The notes: generated by a model from the letters alone, not told the origin. Shown: positions 18,284 to 27,629, counted from the first letter of the stretch. The stretch: DNA of 61,675 nucleotides from a virus (IMGVR_UViG_3300037247_000790:1-61675), one strand, 5' to 3'. Program-made: numbers and translations.

Positions 18284-19105
18284 TTAAATCCCCAATGTAG
18301 GCGCAGGAGACGAAGGCGCCCCTTCTGGCAACCCCGCCCGCTGAAGCCCACCAATAAGTTCTAATACTCCCTGCCCAATCTGCCCGCCTGTAGGCGCCTG
18401 AGCAAGTTGCTGGGGTTCTAGTTCCCTTGTCGGAAGCGTTAGAGGATCGAACGGCAATCCAAACTGTTGTGAAAACTGAGCTAAGGGGCCTTGTGGCCCG
18501 AAGCCTGCTTGAAATTCTTGTCCAGGCGAGACGAGGAAGGGAAGCAATTCTTGCCCCTTCTGAAAGGCGGCTAGACGGCGGGCATCTGAGAGTTCTGTGC
18601 CACGAAGGTATGCAGAAACTGCATTCGTGGCAGATGTCAGCGCACGTCCCCGACGAGCCTCAGCTTCGAATTCTTTGTTCGATCGTGTCTGTTCGAATAG
18701 GCCCTGTCGTCCAGTATCAGCGAGAAACTGATTGATCCCCAACTGCTGACGATCGATCTCAAGCGCCCCCTGCCCAAGTTGAAACTGGAGATCGGCAGCA
18801 TATCGGGACGCAGCAGCCCCACTGCTTCCACCAGGAGGATCATCTATTCCCAGATCAACCCAAGCGTTCAGGGCAGGATCGTAACGACGAATGTACGTTC
18901 GTCCACTAGGGAGCGTGAGAGATTCTAGCCCTGGGCCAATCTCGGTAAAACCTGATTCGGCAGGGGGCGCAAGACCATCCTGTGGAGCACCACCGCCAGC
19001 ATCAGGCCCACTACTACCTAAACCTACAAGATCAAGTAGTGATCCACCAAGAAATGGAAGAGGCTCAATGAGCGATTCGAACAGCGTGTTTTCGGGATGA
19101 GGCAT
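18284..19105 (-). CDS. Putative ejection/pilot protein
   Basis: G/Q-rich, EQTRSN motif; own upstream promoter. Confidence 0.45.
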   Translation of the reverse strand: MPHPENTLFESLIEPLPFLGGSLLDLVGLGSSGPDAGGGAPQDGLAPPAESGFTEIGPGLESLTLPSGRTYIRRYDPALNAWVDLGIDDPPGGSSGAAASRYAADLQFQLGQGALEIDRQQLGINQFLADTGRQGLFEQTRSNKEFEAEARRGRALTSATNAVSAYLRGTELSDARRLAAFQKGQELLPFLVSPGQEFQAGFGPQGPLAQFSQQFGLPFDPLTLPTRELEPQQLAQAPTGGQIGQGVLELIGGLQRAGLPEGAPSSPAPTLGI

Positions 19106-19128
19106 GATCTCCTAATGCCTCCGGTTCC

Positions 19129-19158
19129 AGTATACCATATGTGTGCTTATACAGTCAA
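19129..19158 (-). promoter_or_regulatory. Promoter TTGACT-18-TATACT
   Basis: ATGG-TATACT extended -10; intergenic. Confidence 0.65.
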
Positions 19159-19162
19159 TCAT

Positions 19163-19459
19163 TTAGAGGAGTCTTCCCGCAATTGGCTTAGGCACGCCTT
19201 CTTCGATAAGCTGGTCAGTTGCGGCTAATTTCTCCTCCAACGTAGGTAGGCCCATAATGTAGGCCTCTAGTTGTTCAGGTGTCATCTTCTTGAGAACAGC
19301 AGGCGTTGCAGGTTCCTCAAATGGTAGGTAGCCAGAATGCGATAATTGTTCAAGCACGCCGTCCATTGCTTCTATTGCCTTATCGGTGACGCTCTCAATC
19401 CTCGCATTGAGCCATTCGGCGGATAGGAGGGGCGCATCTCGATCGGGTGTTGCAACCAT
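19163..19459 (-). CDS. Hypothetical protein after portal
   Basis: TAATG-coupled to portal. Confidence 0.6.
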   Translation of the reverse strand: MVATPDRDAPLLSAEWLNARIESVTDKAIEAMDGVLEQLSHSGYLPFEEPATPAVLKKMTPEQLEAYIMGLPTLEEKLAATDQLIEEGVPKPIAGRLL

Positions 19460-21567
19460 TACTGACGACCTAACTCAGCAGTCTCAGGCACGTTTGGCCC
19501 TTCTTCACCCGTTGTCTGGACAACTGCTTGGTTCACGCCTGGCTGTCGAACCACATTAGAGGGGGCTAACGGATTAGACCTACCGCCTCCACCAGCCTGT
19601 CCTGTTCCTGGTGGGATCCCGCCCAGCTCAGCAGCAACCTGTTCCTCAACTGTCGGCGGAGGAGGCGGGAACATCTTGTTTTGAATAATCTGGAAGATAG
19701 TCTGGGCCAGTAGAGGCACGACCTGATCAATAACCGATTTAAACATTTTGCCTTCAACAATCCGCGTGATCTCGTCCTCTGGATTCTCCACGTCGGATTC
19801 TTCAATCAACGTCTGCCACCCTAGAGTACCCTCTTGTTCTCTCAGGGATAATGCCTGCCACTTCGCATACTTAGTTACAGGCGTTTCCGCACCAAGGGAT
19901 ACGGACAGCTCGAAGTTCATATCCGCCATCTCTGGGGACAAGAAAGCTGTCTCTGCCACCCGTAGTGACTTACCCTTCCGTGGGCCATCAGGAATCGTCG
20001 GGATGTAAACTGTTAACCCATGTGATCGAATGGCGTACAACACACCCATCATCAGTTCCTTGATCGCATCCGCACGGGCATTCTGGTAAGGAACGAGCTG
20101 AAGGTCAGCCTGGCCCACTTGGATCGCCAGCCTGTGTCCGGTAGCTTCAGATGCAGCCTCACCAGCAAGTACGTCCTGGAAGCCAGACTTCTCCATGTCG
20201 GCCACCACACGGGCATCAGCCTTATCCAAGTCAACATTGGGCACTTCGACCCGTTTCACCTCACCTGGGATTGAGGGAACCTCCGTTCCTTCCTTAACAT
20301 CTGGTGTCTTGTCCTCTCCGGTAATCGAAGCAGGAACGGCATCAGATGCTACCTTCACGTACTTAGGTGCAAGAGCATTCTCCAACGCAGCCGAAATTCG
20401 GGCCGTGGTCAGCACGTTGACGATCTGTGCGCCGTCGATTGCAGCTAAGGCAGGAGGCTGATACTTGTCTTCTTCTGCCTCCTCGGTCGTCACGTCCGCA
20501 GGGACTAGAGCGTAGCCGGTTGTATAGGGGCCAAACGGATTGTCAAATGTGAGGACTACGCCCTTCTCCGACCCCCTAGTCTTCCGCTTGTCTTTGATCT
20601 TCGGATGCTCGATCAGGATCGCAATCTCGTATCGGGTGCGAATCTCGATATATGTGACCATCTGGCCCAAGTCATGTACCTTTGCAACCGAGGGGGCCGT
20701 AGAGGAAGCGGGAGAGGTGTGGGCGCCCAAAGCACCCGATCCACCAGGAGTGACAATAAACCTCTGCTTGTCCTCAGTCAGTTGTAACCCATAGCCCTTG
20801 AGAGATTCGAGTAGGGGGTTAATGGGCTTCTTGCCTACCTCTGCGATCACTTCGATCCCGTCCTCATCTTCCCACCAGTAGCAGACGAGAGGATCGACAG
20901 ACTCAAGCCGGAAGGGGGGGAGTTCCTTCCGCAAGGCATCATCCGTTACCTTGTCGAAAGCCTTGGTCTCCCGACCTGTATCGTCTCGGTCGTATTTCTC
21001 AAGGGCTGTGCGGAATTTAGATCGAGCAGCATTTCGACCTTCACGGCCTGTGCGATCGTCATCGGGCTCGTCCTCTCCGCTGACCTCATCAGATAGACCA
21101 ATCTGATCAATATCATAGAACCCCAGCATGTCGCCGTGCCCAGGAATGAAGGACTCCTTCAGAATTCCTAGACCATCGCCCTGCTGGTGTTGTGTAACCT
21201 TCCAGTCAACAGAAACCTTACCCCGATTCTGCCACTTGTACAGGGCCTTGATCCCGTTTTCACCGTCCTGGCCCAGTCGTTGGGTCTCTGGATCATCATC
21301 GAAGACGATCCATTCGAAGCCCGTCCGGTTCGCTACCAGACGCTTCACCCGCTTGTGGATCTCCTGGTTGGGCACCTCGGACTGGTAGATCATTAGGGCG
21401 TGATCAGCGACGGCGGGGTTCAGGGGAAGACTGCGGAGTTGGTGTTCCATCCGCCGATAGCGGATCCGACGCCGATCAGTCCACTTTTGATCTCTTCGAC
21501 GGAATGGTTTACGAAGTTCGTCAACTAACTTCCATAAATCGTTGTAGGTCGCTAGATCAAATGGCAT
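19459..21567 (-). CDS. Portal protein
   Basis: 702 aa after terminase; GDGLGILK, VDPL..YW, Pro/Gly tail; size and position. Confidence 0.7.
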   Translation of the reverse strand: MPFDLATYNDLWKLVDELRKPFRRRDQKWTDRRRIRYRRMEHQLRSLPLNPAVADHALMIYQSEVPNQEIHKRVKRLVANRTGFEWIVFDDDPETQRLGQDGENGIKALYKWQNRGKVSVDWKVTQHQQGDGLGILKESFIPGHGDMLGFYDIDQIGLSDEVSGEDEPDDDRTGREGRNAARSKFRTALEKYDRDDTGRETKAFDKVTDDALRKELPPFRLESVDPLVCYWWEDEDGIEVIAEVGKKPINPLLESLKGYGLQLTEDKQRFIVTPGGSGALGAHTSPASSTAPSVAKVHDLGQMVTYIEIRTRYEIAILIEHPKIKDKRKTRGSEKGVVLTFDNPFGPYTTGYALVPADVTTEEAEEDKYQPPALAAIDGAQIVNVLTTARISAALENALAPKYVKVASDAVPASITGEDKTPDVKEGTEVPSIPGEVKRVEVPNVDLDKADARVVADMEKSGFQDVLAGEAASEATGHRLAIQVGQADLQLVPYQNARADAIKELMMGVLYAIRSHGLTVYIPTIPDGPRKGKSLRVAETAFLSPEMADMNFELSVSLGAETPVTKYAKWQALSLREQEGTLGWQTLIEESDVENPEDEITRIVEGKMFKSVIDQVVPLLAQTIFQIIQNKMFPPPPPTVEEQVAAELGGIPPGTGQAGGGGRSNPLAPSNVVRQPGVNQAVVQTTGEEGPNVPETAELGRQ

Positions 21568-21873
21568 CTAATTCTCGTATACCCTAAAGTATTGAATGTC
21601 CAAGATCGCAGCCCCCGCGCCCGTACTGATGAATCGAATGTCTGTCAGAAGCGATCGGTAAATGACTGAGGGTTCCATCCATTCTAAGTAACCTCCAGCA
21701 GCCTGTGGGATGCCTACCGTGGTCGTAGGTACCTGACCATCCGCAAACCACCGAATCCCTGCAGAGCTAAAGGCGATGATTGCGTGTGTTGCCTCTGCCG
21801 GAAGAGACGAAAGCCCCCCAGCACGTGTGGTGGGAACAGTTAGCTGTTCTCCCCCAACACAATCAAAACGCAC
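21568..21873 (-). CDS. Small beta-rich putative virion protein
   Basis: IRW..DG..PT...G motif, LDIQYF end. Confidence 0.5.
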   Translation of the reverse strand: MRFDCVGGEQLTVPTTRAGGLSSLPAEATHAIIAFSSAGIRWFADGQVPTTTVGIPQAAGGYLEWMEPSVIYRSLLTDIRFISTGAGAAILDIQYFRVYEN

Positions 21874-21876
21874 ACG

Positions 21877-22200
21877 CTAGATACCGCTCCAGAGAATGCC
21901 ACGAACACGAGGCTGCTTGCCCGTCTCGCCGATGAGGCGAACGTCGGTGCTAATCTCCAAGCCCATCTCGCCGTAGGATTCATTCTTCTTGATTTCTAAC
22001 GATGTCAGCGTTGCGGCTGCATCAAATTCAATGAACGCACTACCTGGTCCCTCGTTGGAGAGCGAGACAACGCGCCCTAACTTTCCACCGGGAACAGCAA
22101 CTAGCTCTTCCTCTGTATCGGCAACAGCCAGCGTTACGTCAAATGGTGTAGCCTCATTTGCAGAATCTACTGAAGCAACTGGGGAGGGAATAATTGGCAT
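21877..22200 (-). CDS. Small beta-rich putative virion protein
   Basis: 107 aa; RBS AAGGAG; own promoter. Confidence 0.5.
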   Translation of the reverse strand: MPIIPSPVASVDSANEATPFDVTLAVADTEEELVAVPGGKLGRVVSLSNEGPGSAFIEFDAAATLTSLEIKKNESYGEMGLEISTDVRLIGETGKQPRVRGILWSGI

Positions 22201-22222
22201 TTAGAAAGTCTCCTTCAGAATA

Positions 22223-22252
22223 AGTATACCATAATTCGCCTACTCACGTCAA
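22223..22252 (-). promoter_or_regulatory. Promoter TTGACG-18-TATACT
   Basis: ATGG-TATACT; -35 overlaps the TerL stop. Confidence 0.65.
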
Positions 22253-23682
22253 CGTTTCATCGTCAGCCCACGAGGGCCAATCCGCAGACCTTTGAATCCC
22301 ACGCCAGACCCCCCACCCTTGAATGCGTGAACGAGCCCGTATCGGATCGCGTCCCCCGCATGATCCTCGCCATCTGTATCAACGTCTTCCGTATTGTGCT
22401 TGTCTGCAATCAGTTGGGGGATTGTTCGAACCGCATTCGTGCAATTGGACATAAAGAAGACTTGAGGAGGCACGAGTACACTTCCATTAGGTGCTTCCTG
22501 CCAATCGATCATGGATCGCATCAACTGCCAACCAGGAACCCTCTCGTTGTTCCCTCGGATCACATTGGTAGTCCCACGGAATGCCTCAACCCAATCATCG
22601 GAGATTGGAGCCACACGTTCGCCCTTAACATTACCTTTGGAAAACATAGACGGGTCACAGACGATCGCGTTGATCTTCTCGCTTGCGTCCTCTGTCGCAC
22701 GGTACGCACGATAGGCCTGTTCCGCAGATTTGACCCCCTTGCCATACTGCTCCCGATAGAACCAGGCCGTCTGCGTACCAGGAGGACGGGCAAACCAGAA
22801 AGCTCCATACGGAGCATTAAAGCCATAGTCCACGCAGATGAACTTATCCCAGTCGGGAGGTACGGTGAATGGCTTGACTACATGAATATCATCCCGCCAA
22901 CGAGTGAAGAACTGACCCGTGAAGATGTTCCAGTCTCCTAATGCTTTGGACCGATATTCTTCAGGTGGAAGGGCACGAAGGACTTCCATGTAGTCTGGGT
23001 CATACTTCATCAAGTCGGCGTTGTCTGTGGCCTTTGCGGGGATGAATTGCCTCGTCATTCCCCCCTCAGAAGCAGGCGCCTGCCAGATGTGCATAGGAAT
23101 AGCTTCCTTTGGATCGATCCAACGGGCCTTGACCCATGCGTGACCAATTCCCAAAGGCGTCGCACCAGCACGAATCCTACGTCCAGGCCACCAGGATTTG
23201 ACGGATCGACAACGTGAAAGAAGGTAAGTGTACTGGAATTCCGTGAAGTGTGTCAGTTCATCAAAGAGAAGGGCATCGAACTCAGCGGTGTCGTAGGTTC
23301 GAACCTCATCGTCACCCTCAACGAAGCGGAACATGAAGATGGAACCATTAGGAAAGATTAACTCGTGCTGCCCTCCGTGGTACTGGGCAACCGATGTCGG
23401 AACTTCCTGCTGGATCTTTCGAATGTGAGTCTCTTCTAGTTCACGATACTTCCGCCGGAAGAGGACGACAGTCGCGCCAGGATATTCCATGCAGTAGCGC
23501 ACACCCCAGGCACGGAGGGCGTGGGACTTACCACCACCAGCAGCCCCTCCATAAAGAAGCTCGCCCACCGAGGACTCCATGAAAGCATCTTGTTGTGGCG
23601 AATTCGTAACGTAGAGGACGTTCGATACGGTGCCGCTTTTGCGAGCTGCCTTTTCAGGCGCTGATTGTTTCTTCTTAGGCAT
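22249..23682 (-). CDS. terL: Terminase large subunit
   Basis: Walker A YGGAAGGGKS, Walker B LLFDE, ATP coupling motif, VDYG and DHAGDAIRY nuclease motifs. Confidence 0.95.
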   Translation of the reverse strand: MPKKKQSAPEKAARKSGTVSNVLYVTNSPQQDAFMESSVGELLYGGAAGGGKSHALRAWGVRYCMEYPGATVVLFRRKYRELEETHIRKIQQEVPTSVAQYHGGQHELIFPNGSIFMFRFVEGDDEVRTYDTAEFDALLFDELTHFTEFQYTYLLSRCRSVKSWWPGRRIRAGATPLGIGHAWVKARWIDPKEAIPMHIWQAPASEGGMTRQFIPAKATDNADLMKYDPDYMEVLRALPPEEYRSKALGDWNIFTGQFFTRWRDDIHVVKPFTVPPDWDKFICVDYGFNAPYGAFWFARPPGTQTAWFYREQYGKGVKSAEQAYRAYRATEDASEKINAIVCDPSMFSKGNVKGERVAPISDDWVEAFRGTTNVIRGNNERVPGWQLMRSMIDWQEAPNGSVLVPPQVFFMSNCTNAVRTIPQLIADKHNTEDVDTDGEDHAGDAIRYGLVHAFKGGGSGVGFKGLRIGPRGLTMKR

Positions 23683-24040
23683 CGTCTACCTCCGTTGCCT
23701 CTCCGTCAATTGTCTCGCCCTCAGAAAGTGCCGGATTCGCCGTAGACGGGAGCCACGGTAGAATGTTCACAGGCCCACCACCGTCTCCGGTGATCTCCAG
23801 CCTCCCAGGAACCTTACCCATGCCACGATCTATCAGCAGAGCTAGAGCTTGCCGATCGGGTTTCTGCTGGTAGATGTATAGCCGCTCACCCGACTCCGGA
23901 TCAGTCTCTTCAACCCAAATGCCTAGAGCAAGTCTCTCCAGGGTAGCAATGTACTTGGGCAAATTGCGGGCAGCACGGAGTTCAGCCTTCTCAATATGCT
24001 CCTGGTGTCTGGCCCGCTTACTTCTTACGCTTGGAGGCAT
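23675..24040 (-). CDS. Probable terminase small subunit
   Basis: Immediately upstream of TerL; LIDRGMGK...EITGDGGGP. Confidence 0.65.
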   Translation of the reverse strand: MPPSVRSKRARHQEHIEKAELRAARNLPKYIATLERLALGIWVEETDPESGERLYIYQQKPDRQALALLIDRGMGKVPGRLEITGDGGGPVNILPWLPSTANPALSEGETIDGEATEVDDA

Positions 24041-24125
24041 ATAGATAGATCACGTATGCAATTATTCCAGCACCAAGGAGCGTATCACCAAAGTTGATAA
24101 TTGTAAGTGTATCCGTCCAGGCCAT
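24018..24125 (-). CDS. Small single-TM membrane protein
   Basis: MAWTDTL...GAGIIAYVIYLYASKRKK; RBS GGAGGAG. Confidence 0.5.
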   Translation of the reverse strand: MAWTDTLTIINFGDTLLGAGIIAYVIYLYASKRKK

Positions 24126-24222
24126 AGACTCCTCCAAAGAGACGGGAGCAACCGTGAGGAGGCACCACGTATTGCCCCCGTCGTGAGAACGACAGACAGT
24201 GGCCAGACTGCCCATCATCTGT

Positions 24223-24257
24223 AGTATAGCACATCTTTAACGTTTACGCAAACGTAA
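24223..24257 (-). promoter_or_regulatory. Promoter TTGCGT-17-TATACT with palindrome ACGTTT-ACGC-AAACGT
   Basis: TGn-extended -10 at 24223-24228; upstream of terminase operon. Confidence 0.6.
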
Positions 24258-24276
24258 GGGTTAGGGTAAAAGAAAA

Positions 24277-24687
24277 CTAAGCCTGTGCGAAGTCCGGTGT
24301 ATCCGGATGCTCCTCGGGCTTGAACGGATTGGGAGATTCCTCTGCCGTCACTGTGGGAAGATGATACCCAATTCCCCACATGCCTCGGAAGCATTGGATC
24401 AACAGATCGGTTGCCGATCCGCCATTGCCATCATAGCTGAGGATCGAATCGATCAACCACCCGTGCTGCACCTCACAATCGATGATGACCTCTTCCAGAT
24501 CCGCCTCATCAGCAAATCGGAGGATCGCATCGTTCACTCGTTCCCGTAGAGGAAGGGCTAACCTGCGAAAGAGTTGTATGTGTGCGGGCAAGTCTTTAGG
24601 CGCAGCATTAGGTTTGATCAAAGACTGAAGCATCCAGGCTTGCTCGTGACTCAGCTTGAGAGAAAAGGTCTCCTCCTCCTGGTCCAT
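24277..24687 (-). CDS. Hypothetical protein
   Basis: Start MDQEEE overlaps upstream stop. Confidence 0.55.
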   Translation of the reverse strand: MDQEEETFSLKLSHEQAWMLQSLIKPNAAPKDLPAHIQLFRRLALPLRERVNDAILRFADEADLEEVIIDCEVQHGWLIDSILSYDGNGGSATDLLIQCFRGMWGIGYHLPTVTAEESPNPFKPEEHPDTPDFAQA

Positions 24688-25508
24688 TACATCGCCCCCA
24701 GCCACGTAGCGAATGAGTTCATTAGAGACGTAGGCGCCATCCCACCAGGTATCTCGATCAGAGGCAGACCCTTCATGTCATCGTCAGGAGTAGGTGCGTG
24801 AGGATCGTATCGGTCAGCCCATTCCTCCCAGAGTTTCCGCCAGTGTGTGACCATCGCCCGCTGAATGCTCCAAGGCAGCTTCTCTAGATCAAGACGTTTG
24901 TGGAGTATGGGCTTCTTCTCAGCATCAAACTTCTCCCACTTCTTGATCCACGCGCGATGTCGCTCCCGCCAATCAGCAGCGAATCTCCAGTACCACCTAC
25001 CCTCATAGTCTACACTGTGAATTCGAGCAAGCTCCCGATCCATCGCATACTGGAAGCCTTGTATCTCGTCACGGGCATCCTGATCGCTGATTGGTGTCTT
25101 CGTGATCGTGGGAGCAAGGATCTTCCCCTCCCAGAACCACTTACAGGCTTCCGTCACTACCTGGGTGATCGCATTCGCCAGCTCGATCGGCATGTCCGAG
25201 TAGGGCATAATGTATCTGAAGTGGATTCTCGCGTGCCCCAGCTTGCATGTTTGGCCTAAGTCCCACTGCACGCGATAGATGTAACGAGGATCATCTGCAT
25301 CCACTGAGCCAAAGAGTCTACGTGCAGCAGTGGTAAAGGACGCGATCGCAGGTTGACGGGGATCGAGTACGAAGTCATGCTCCACGGCCACCAGCATTGG
25401 CAGGTAGTGTCTGGGACAATTAGTCAGCACCCAAGACTCTCCATCATCCCGCTTGTGCTTCTTAACGACCTTACACAGTGAGCAGCTTTCGGTTAGAGAT
25501 TCGTACAC
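24687..25508 (-). CDS. Hypothetical protein; N-terminus weakly HIT-like with Zn ligands
   Basis: CSLC...PMLV..H...HARIH; weak. Confidence 0.45.
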   Translation of the reverse strand: MYESLTESCSLCKVVKKHKRDDGESWVLTNCPRHYLPMLVAVEHDFVLDPRQPAIASFTTAARRLFGSVDADDPRYIYRVQWDLGQTCKLGHARIHFRYIMPYSDMPIELANAITQVVTEACKWFWEGKILAPTITKTPISDQDARDEIQGFQYAMDRELARIHSVDYEGRWYWRFAADWRERHRAWIKKWEKFDAEKKPILHKRLDLEKLPWSIQRAMVTHWRKLWEEWADRYDPHAPTPDDDMKGLPLIEIPGGMAPTSLMNSFATWLGAM

Positions 25509-25520
25509 CCAGAAGACCCC

Positions 25521-25718
25521 CTACGTGATCTTGATGTTTACCCACGTACCTTCAACAGAAACGCCATCATCACCACAATCTGAAATGGTCACAGCCAAGA
25601 GATCAGATGACTCAGCCTCAATGTACAATTGGCCATCCTCAGATTCGCAGAGGTTGTACATCTTGCCCCCACACATTATGCTAGTAATTGAATCAACAGA
25701 CAATTTCACAAGACTCAT
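25521..25718 (-). CDS. Hypothetical protein
   Basis: RBS AGGAGGAGG. Confidence 0.55.
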   Translation of the reverse strand: MSLVKLSVDSITSIMCGGKMYNLCESEDGQLYIEAESSDLLAVTISDCGDDGVSVEGTWVNIKIT

Positions 25719-25744
25719 TTTGTTACCTCCTCCTATGATCGAAT

Positions 25745-25900
25745 CTACGGCCTCGGTGCTGTTCTGTGGGTTCCATCCTTCTGCTGGTCAGGGCAGAGAT
25801 GGTCTGGCCTGTAGTATGGTGCCGGATCGTCAAACGGCGTTTCAGTAGGTGTTCTGGTTGGAGTCTGGACTGGGTCTTTGACTGGTGCTTCTGTAGGCAT
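25745..25900 (-). CDS. 51-aa Pro/Thr-rich protein (not in ORF track)
   Basis: MPTEAPVKDPVQTP...PDHLCPDQQ; RBS AGGAG; follows promoter. Confidence 0.55.
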   Translation of the reverse strand: MPTEAPVKDPVQTPTRTPTETPFDDPAPYYRPDHLCPDQQKDGTHRTAPRP

Positions 25901-25945
25901 TATGTTCTCCTAATCTGGATAGAGCATCCCATTAGCTACATCCCT

Positions 25946-25975
25946 ATTATACCATTCCCAGCTTCCCTACGTCAA
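25946..25975 (-). promoter_or_regulatory. Promoter TTGACG-18-TATAAT
   Basis: ATGG-TATAAT extended -10. Confidence 0.7.
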
Positions 25976-26017
25976 GACTTCTTCCCTATTAGATTATCTG
26001 CATACTCACTTCAGCAA

Positions 26018-26237
26018 AAAGATATGATAACCTTTCCTAATCGATGGTGAGGTAATGGTGAGGTTTTGAGACATATACGCGCGTAATAGATATAGAGTGG
26101 TAAGTGTGTTATCAATTACATTAACTCCTATCATAGAACTAAACACTATTTAATAACCCTTTACTTTCCCTTCCCCCTATATGTCTAAAAACCTCACGTT
26201 TACCTCACCATCCGCTATAGCAGGTTATCATATCTTT
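26018..26237. repeat. Imperfect inverted repeat with 60-bp arms and 100-bp AT-rich spacer (candidate replication origin)
   Basis: 26018-26077 vs 26178-26237; matching blocks AAAGATATGATAACCT, GATGGTGAGGTAA, GTGAGGTTTT, AGACATATA. Confidence 0.85.
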
Positions 26238-26244
26238 CATTATT

Positions 26245-26484
26245 TTACCCCTTATTCACGAATAGATCGGCCCCAGATGAGCTACAGATGTGCCCTTCGC
26301 ATTCGCAGACCTGATTCGAATACTTGTTGCCCACATCACATAGACACGTCAGGGGGTGATGTGCCCTCGTCTGGATAAACTCCTTATCGTAGGTACAATC
26401 CACACAGCAGTCACCCTCAACCTGATCACATAACACACAACCAAAACAACTAGGGCACCCATCCCAACCAATTGCAGTAGGCAT
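26245..26484 (-). CDS. Cys-rich small protein
   Basis: Multiple CxxC motifs; RBS-like GGGGAAG. Confidence 0.5.
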   Translation of the reverse strand: MPTAIGWDGCPSCFGCVLCDQVEGDCCVDCTYDKEFIQTRAHHPLTCLCDVGNKYSNQVCECEGHICSSSGADLFVNKG

Positions 26485-26503
26485 TTCTTCCCCTTATTCT
26501 ACT

Positions 26504-26716
26504 CTAGATCGGATCCGACTCGAATGGTTCCTCGCAATGGGCGAATTCGCACGCCTCACATAATTTACCTTGTAGACAGGTTGAGCAAGGGCCTGAGCAC
26601 CAATTGCAGACCTCCGTAGAGCACATGGTACAGACGCCCCACTCGTCCTCCTCAGTCTCAGCACCACAATTCAGGCATTCGTGTTGCATAGGCCATGCGT
26701 TCATCTCATCCTCCAA
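26504..26716 (-). CDS. Cys-rich small protein
   Basis: Five CxxC motifs in 70 aa. Confidence 0.55.
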   Translation of the reverse strand: MEDEMNAWPMQHECLNCGAETEEDEWGVCTMCSTEVCNWCSGPCSTCLQGKLCEACEFAHCEEPFESDPI

Positions 26717-26831
26717 GCAATCTGATCATCGCCCAGAATCCAACTCCCGCAGCTAGACCGGAGATGATCCCAGATATGATCCTCTCAGTGATATCCTTCC
26801 AGTTCAGGCGCCCACGCCATCTGAACATCTG

Positions 26832-27383
26832 CTAGAACAGCTTTCCTTGATCGTATGGCTCCTGAAGCCAGAATCCGAACCAGTCTGTCCATCGACGTTC
26901 GTATTTTACAGTGATCTCTTTCGAGTCCTTCACCCTTCTGTCCATGTAGTCATCTTGCAAAGTTGCGAAGATTATACATCTGCCAGGAAAGCGATCTTCA
27001 GATGTCCAGTCCTGTGCTCGCAAAGACTGGGGATTAGTTCTACCAGGGCACCATCCACCCCACTGTTTATTACCAATTGGGCAGACCCCATGAGTCTCTG
27101 CATGATATTCCAAGGATTCAAGAATATCTGCCGCTGAACGCATATGCACCCGCTGACACTGTTCCCTTCCCGTAAGTCGGACAATGTTCGGCTCCTTTCT
27201 CTTCTGCCAGTATACCTCCCTCTGACGGACGTTATCCCCACATCGACGGGAGCAGAACTTGTACCGTCCAGGGGGAACTAGATGAGCTGGCTCACGATCG
27301 TTAGCACATAGTCGTCTAATGGGAGTCCCATCCGCAATCCTCCCCATGTTTAGGTATTCTTTGCTGCCAGCGTCTCTAGGCAT
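26832..27383 (-). CDS. Hypothetical protein with FCSRRC zinc motif
   Basis: KFCSRRC motif; start uncertain. Confidence 0.5.
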   Translation of the reverse strand: MPRDAGSKEYLNMGRIADGTPIRRLCANDREPAHLVPPGRYKFCSRRCGDNVRQREVYWQKRKEPNIVRLTGREQCQRVHMRSAADILESLEYHAETHGVCPIGNKQWGGWCPGRTNPQSLRAQDWTSEDRFPGRCIIFATLQDDYMDRRVKDSKEITVKYERRWTDWFGFWLQEPYDQGKLF

Positions 27384-27579
27384 TGGAAGCCTTGATAAAA
27401 GCTTCAAGGATGGCAAGTATGCTAGGCAAAGACCGGCGCTGGATTGTTAGTCGCCCCTCCCCACCTCTGTATTCGAGGTGTACATCAATTAAGTCGTCTG
27501 GCTCAGGACCTGTACCATTATCAAAGATGATCAAGTTGTCATGGCCCTCATTAGTCAGTACGTTGCATGTCATTCTCAT
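27376..27579 (-). CDS. Hypothetical protein
   Basis: RBS GAAGGAGG before MRMTCN. Confidence 0.55.
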   Translation of the reverse strand: MRMTCNVLTNEGHDNLIIFDNGTGPEPDDLIDVHLEYRGGEGRLTIQRRSLPSILAILEAFIKASNA

Positions 27580-27600
27580 CTGGACACCTCCTTCATTCCC

Positions 27601-27629
27601 AGCATAGCAGATACGAAGGATCATGTCAA
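27601..27629 (-). promoter_or_regulatory. Promoter TTGACA-17-TATGCT
   Basis: TGn-extended -10; upstream of the 27579 start. Confidence 0.6.

Noticed and set aside
978-23582. Numerous + strand ORFs opposite the structural genes (and - strand ORFs opposite the early arm)
   Set aside because: Antisense shadows of real genes, lacking RBSs and recognisable motifs
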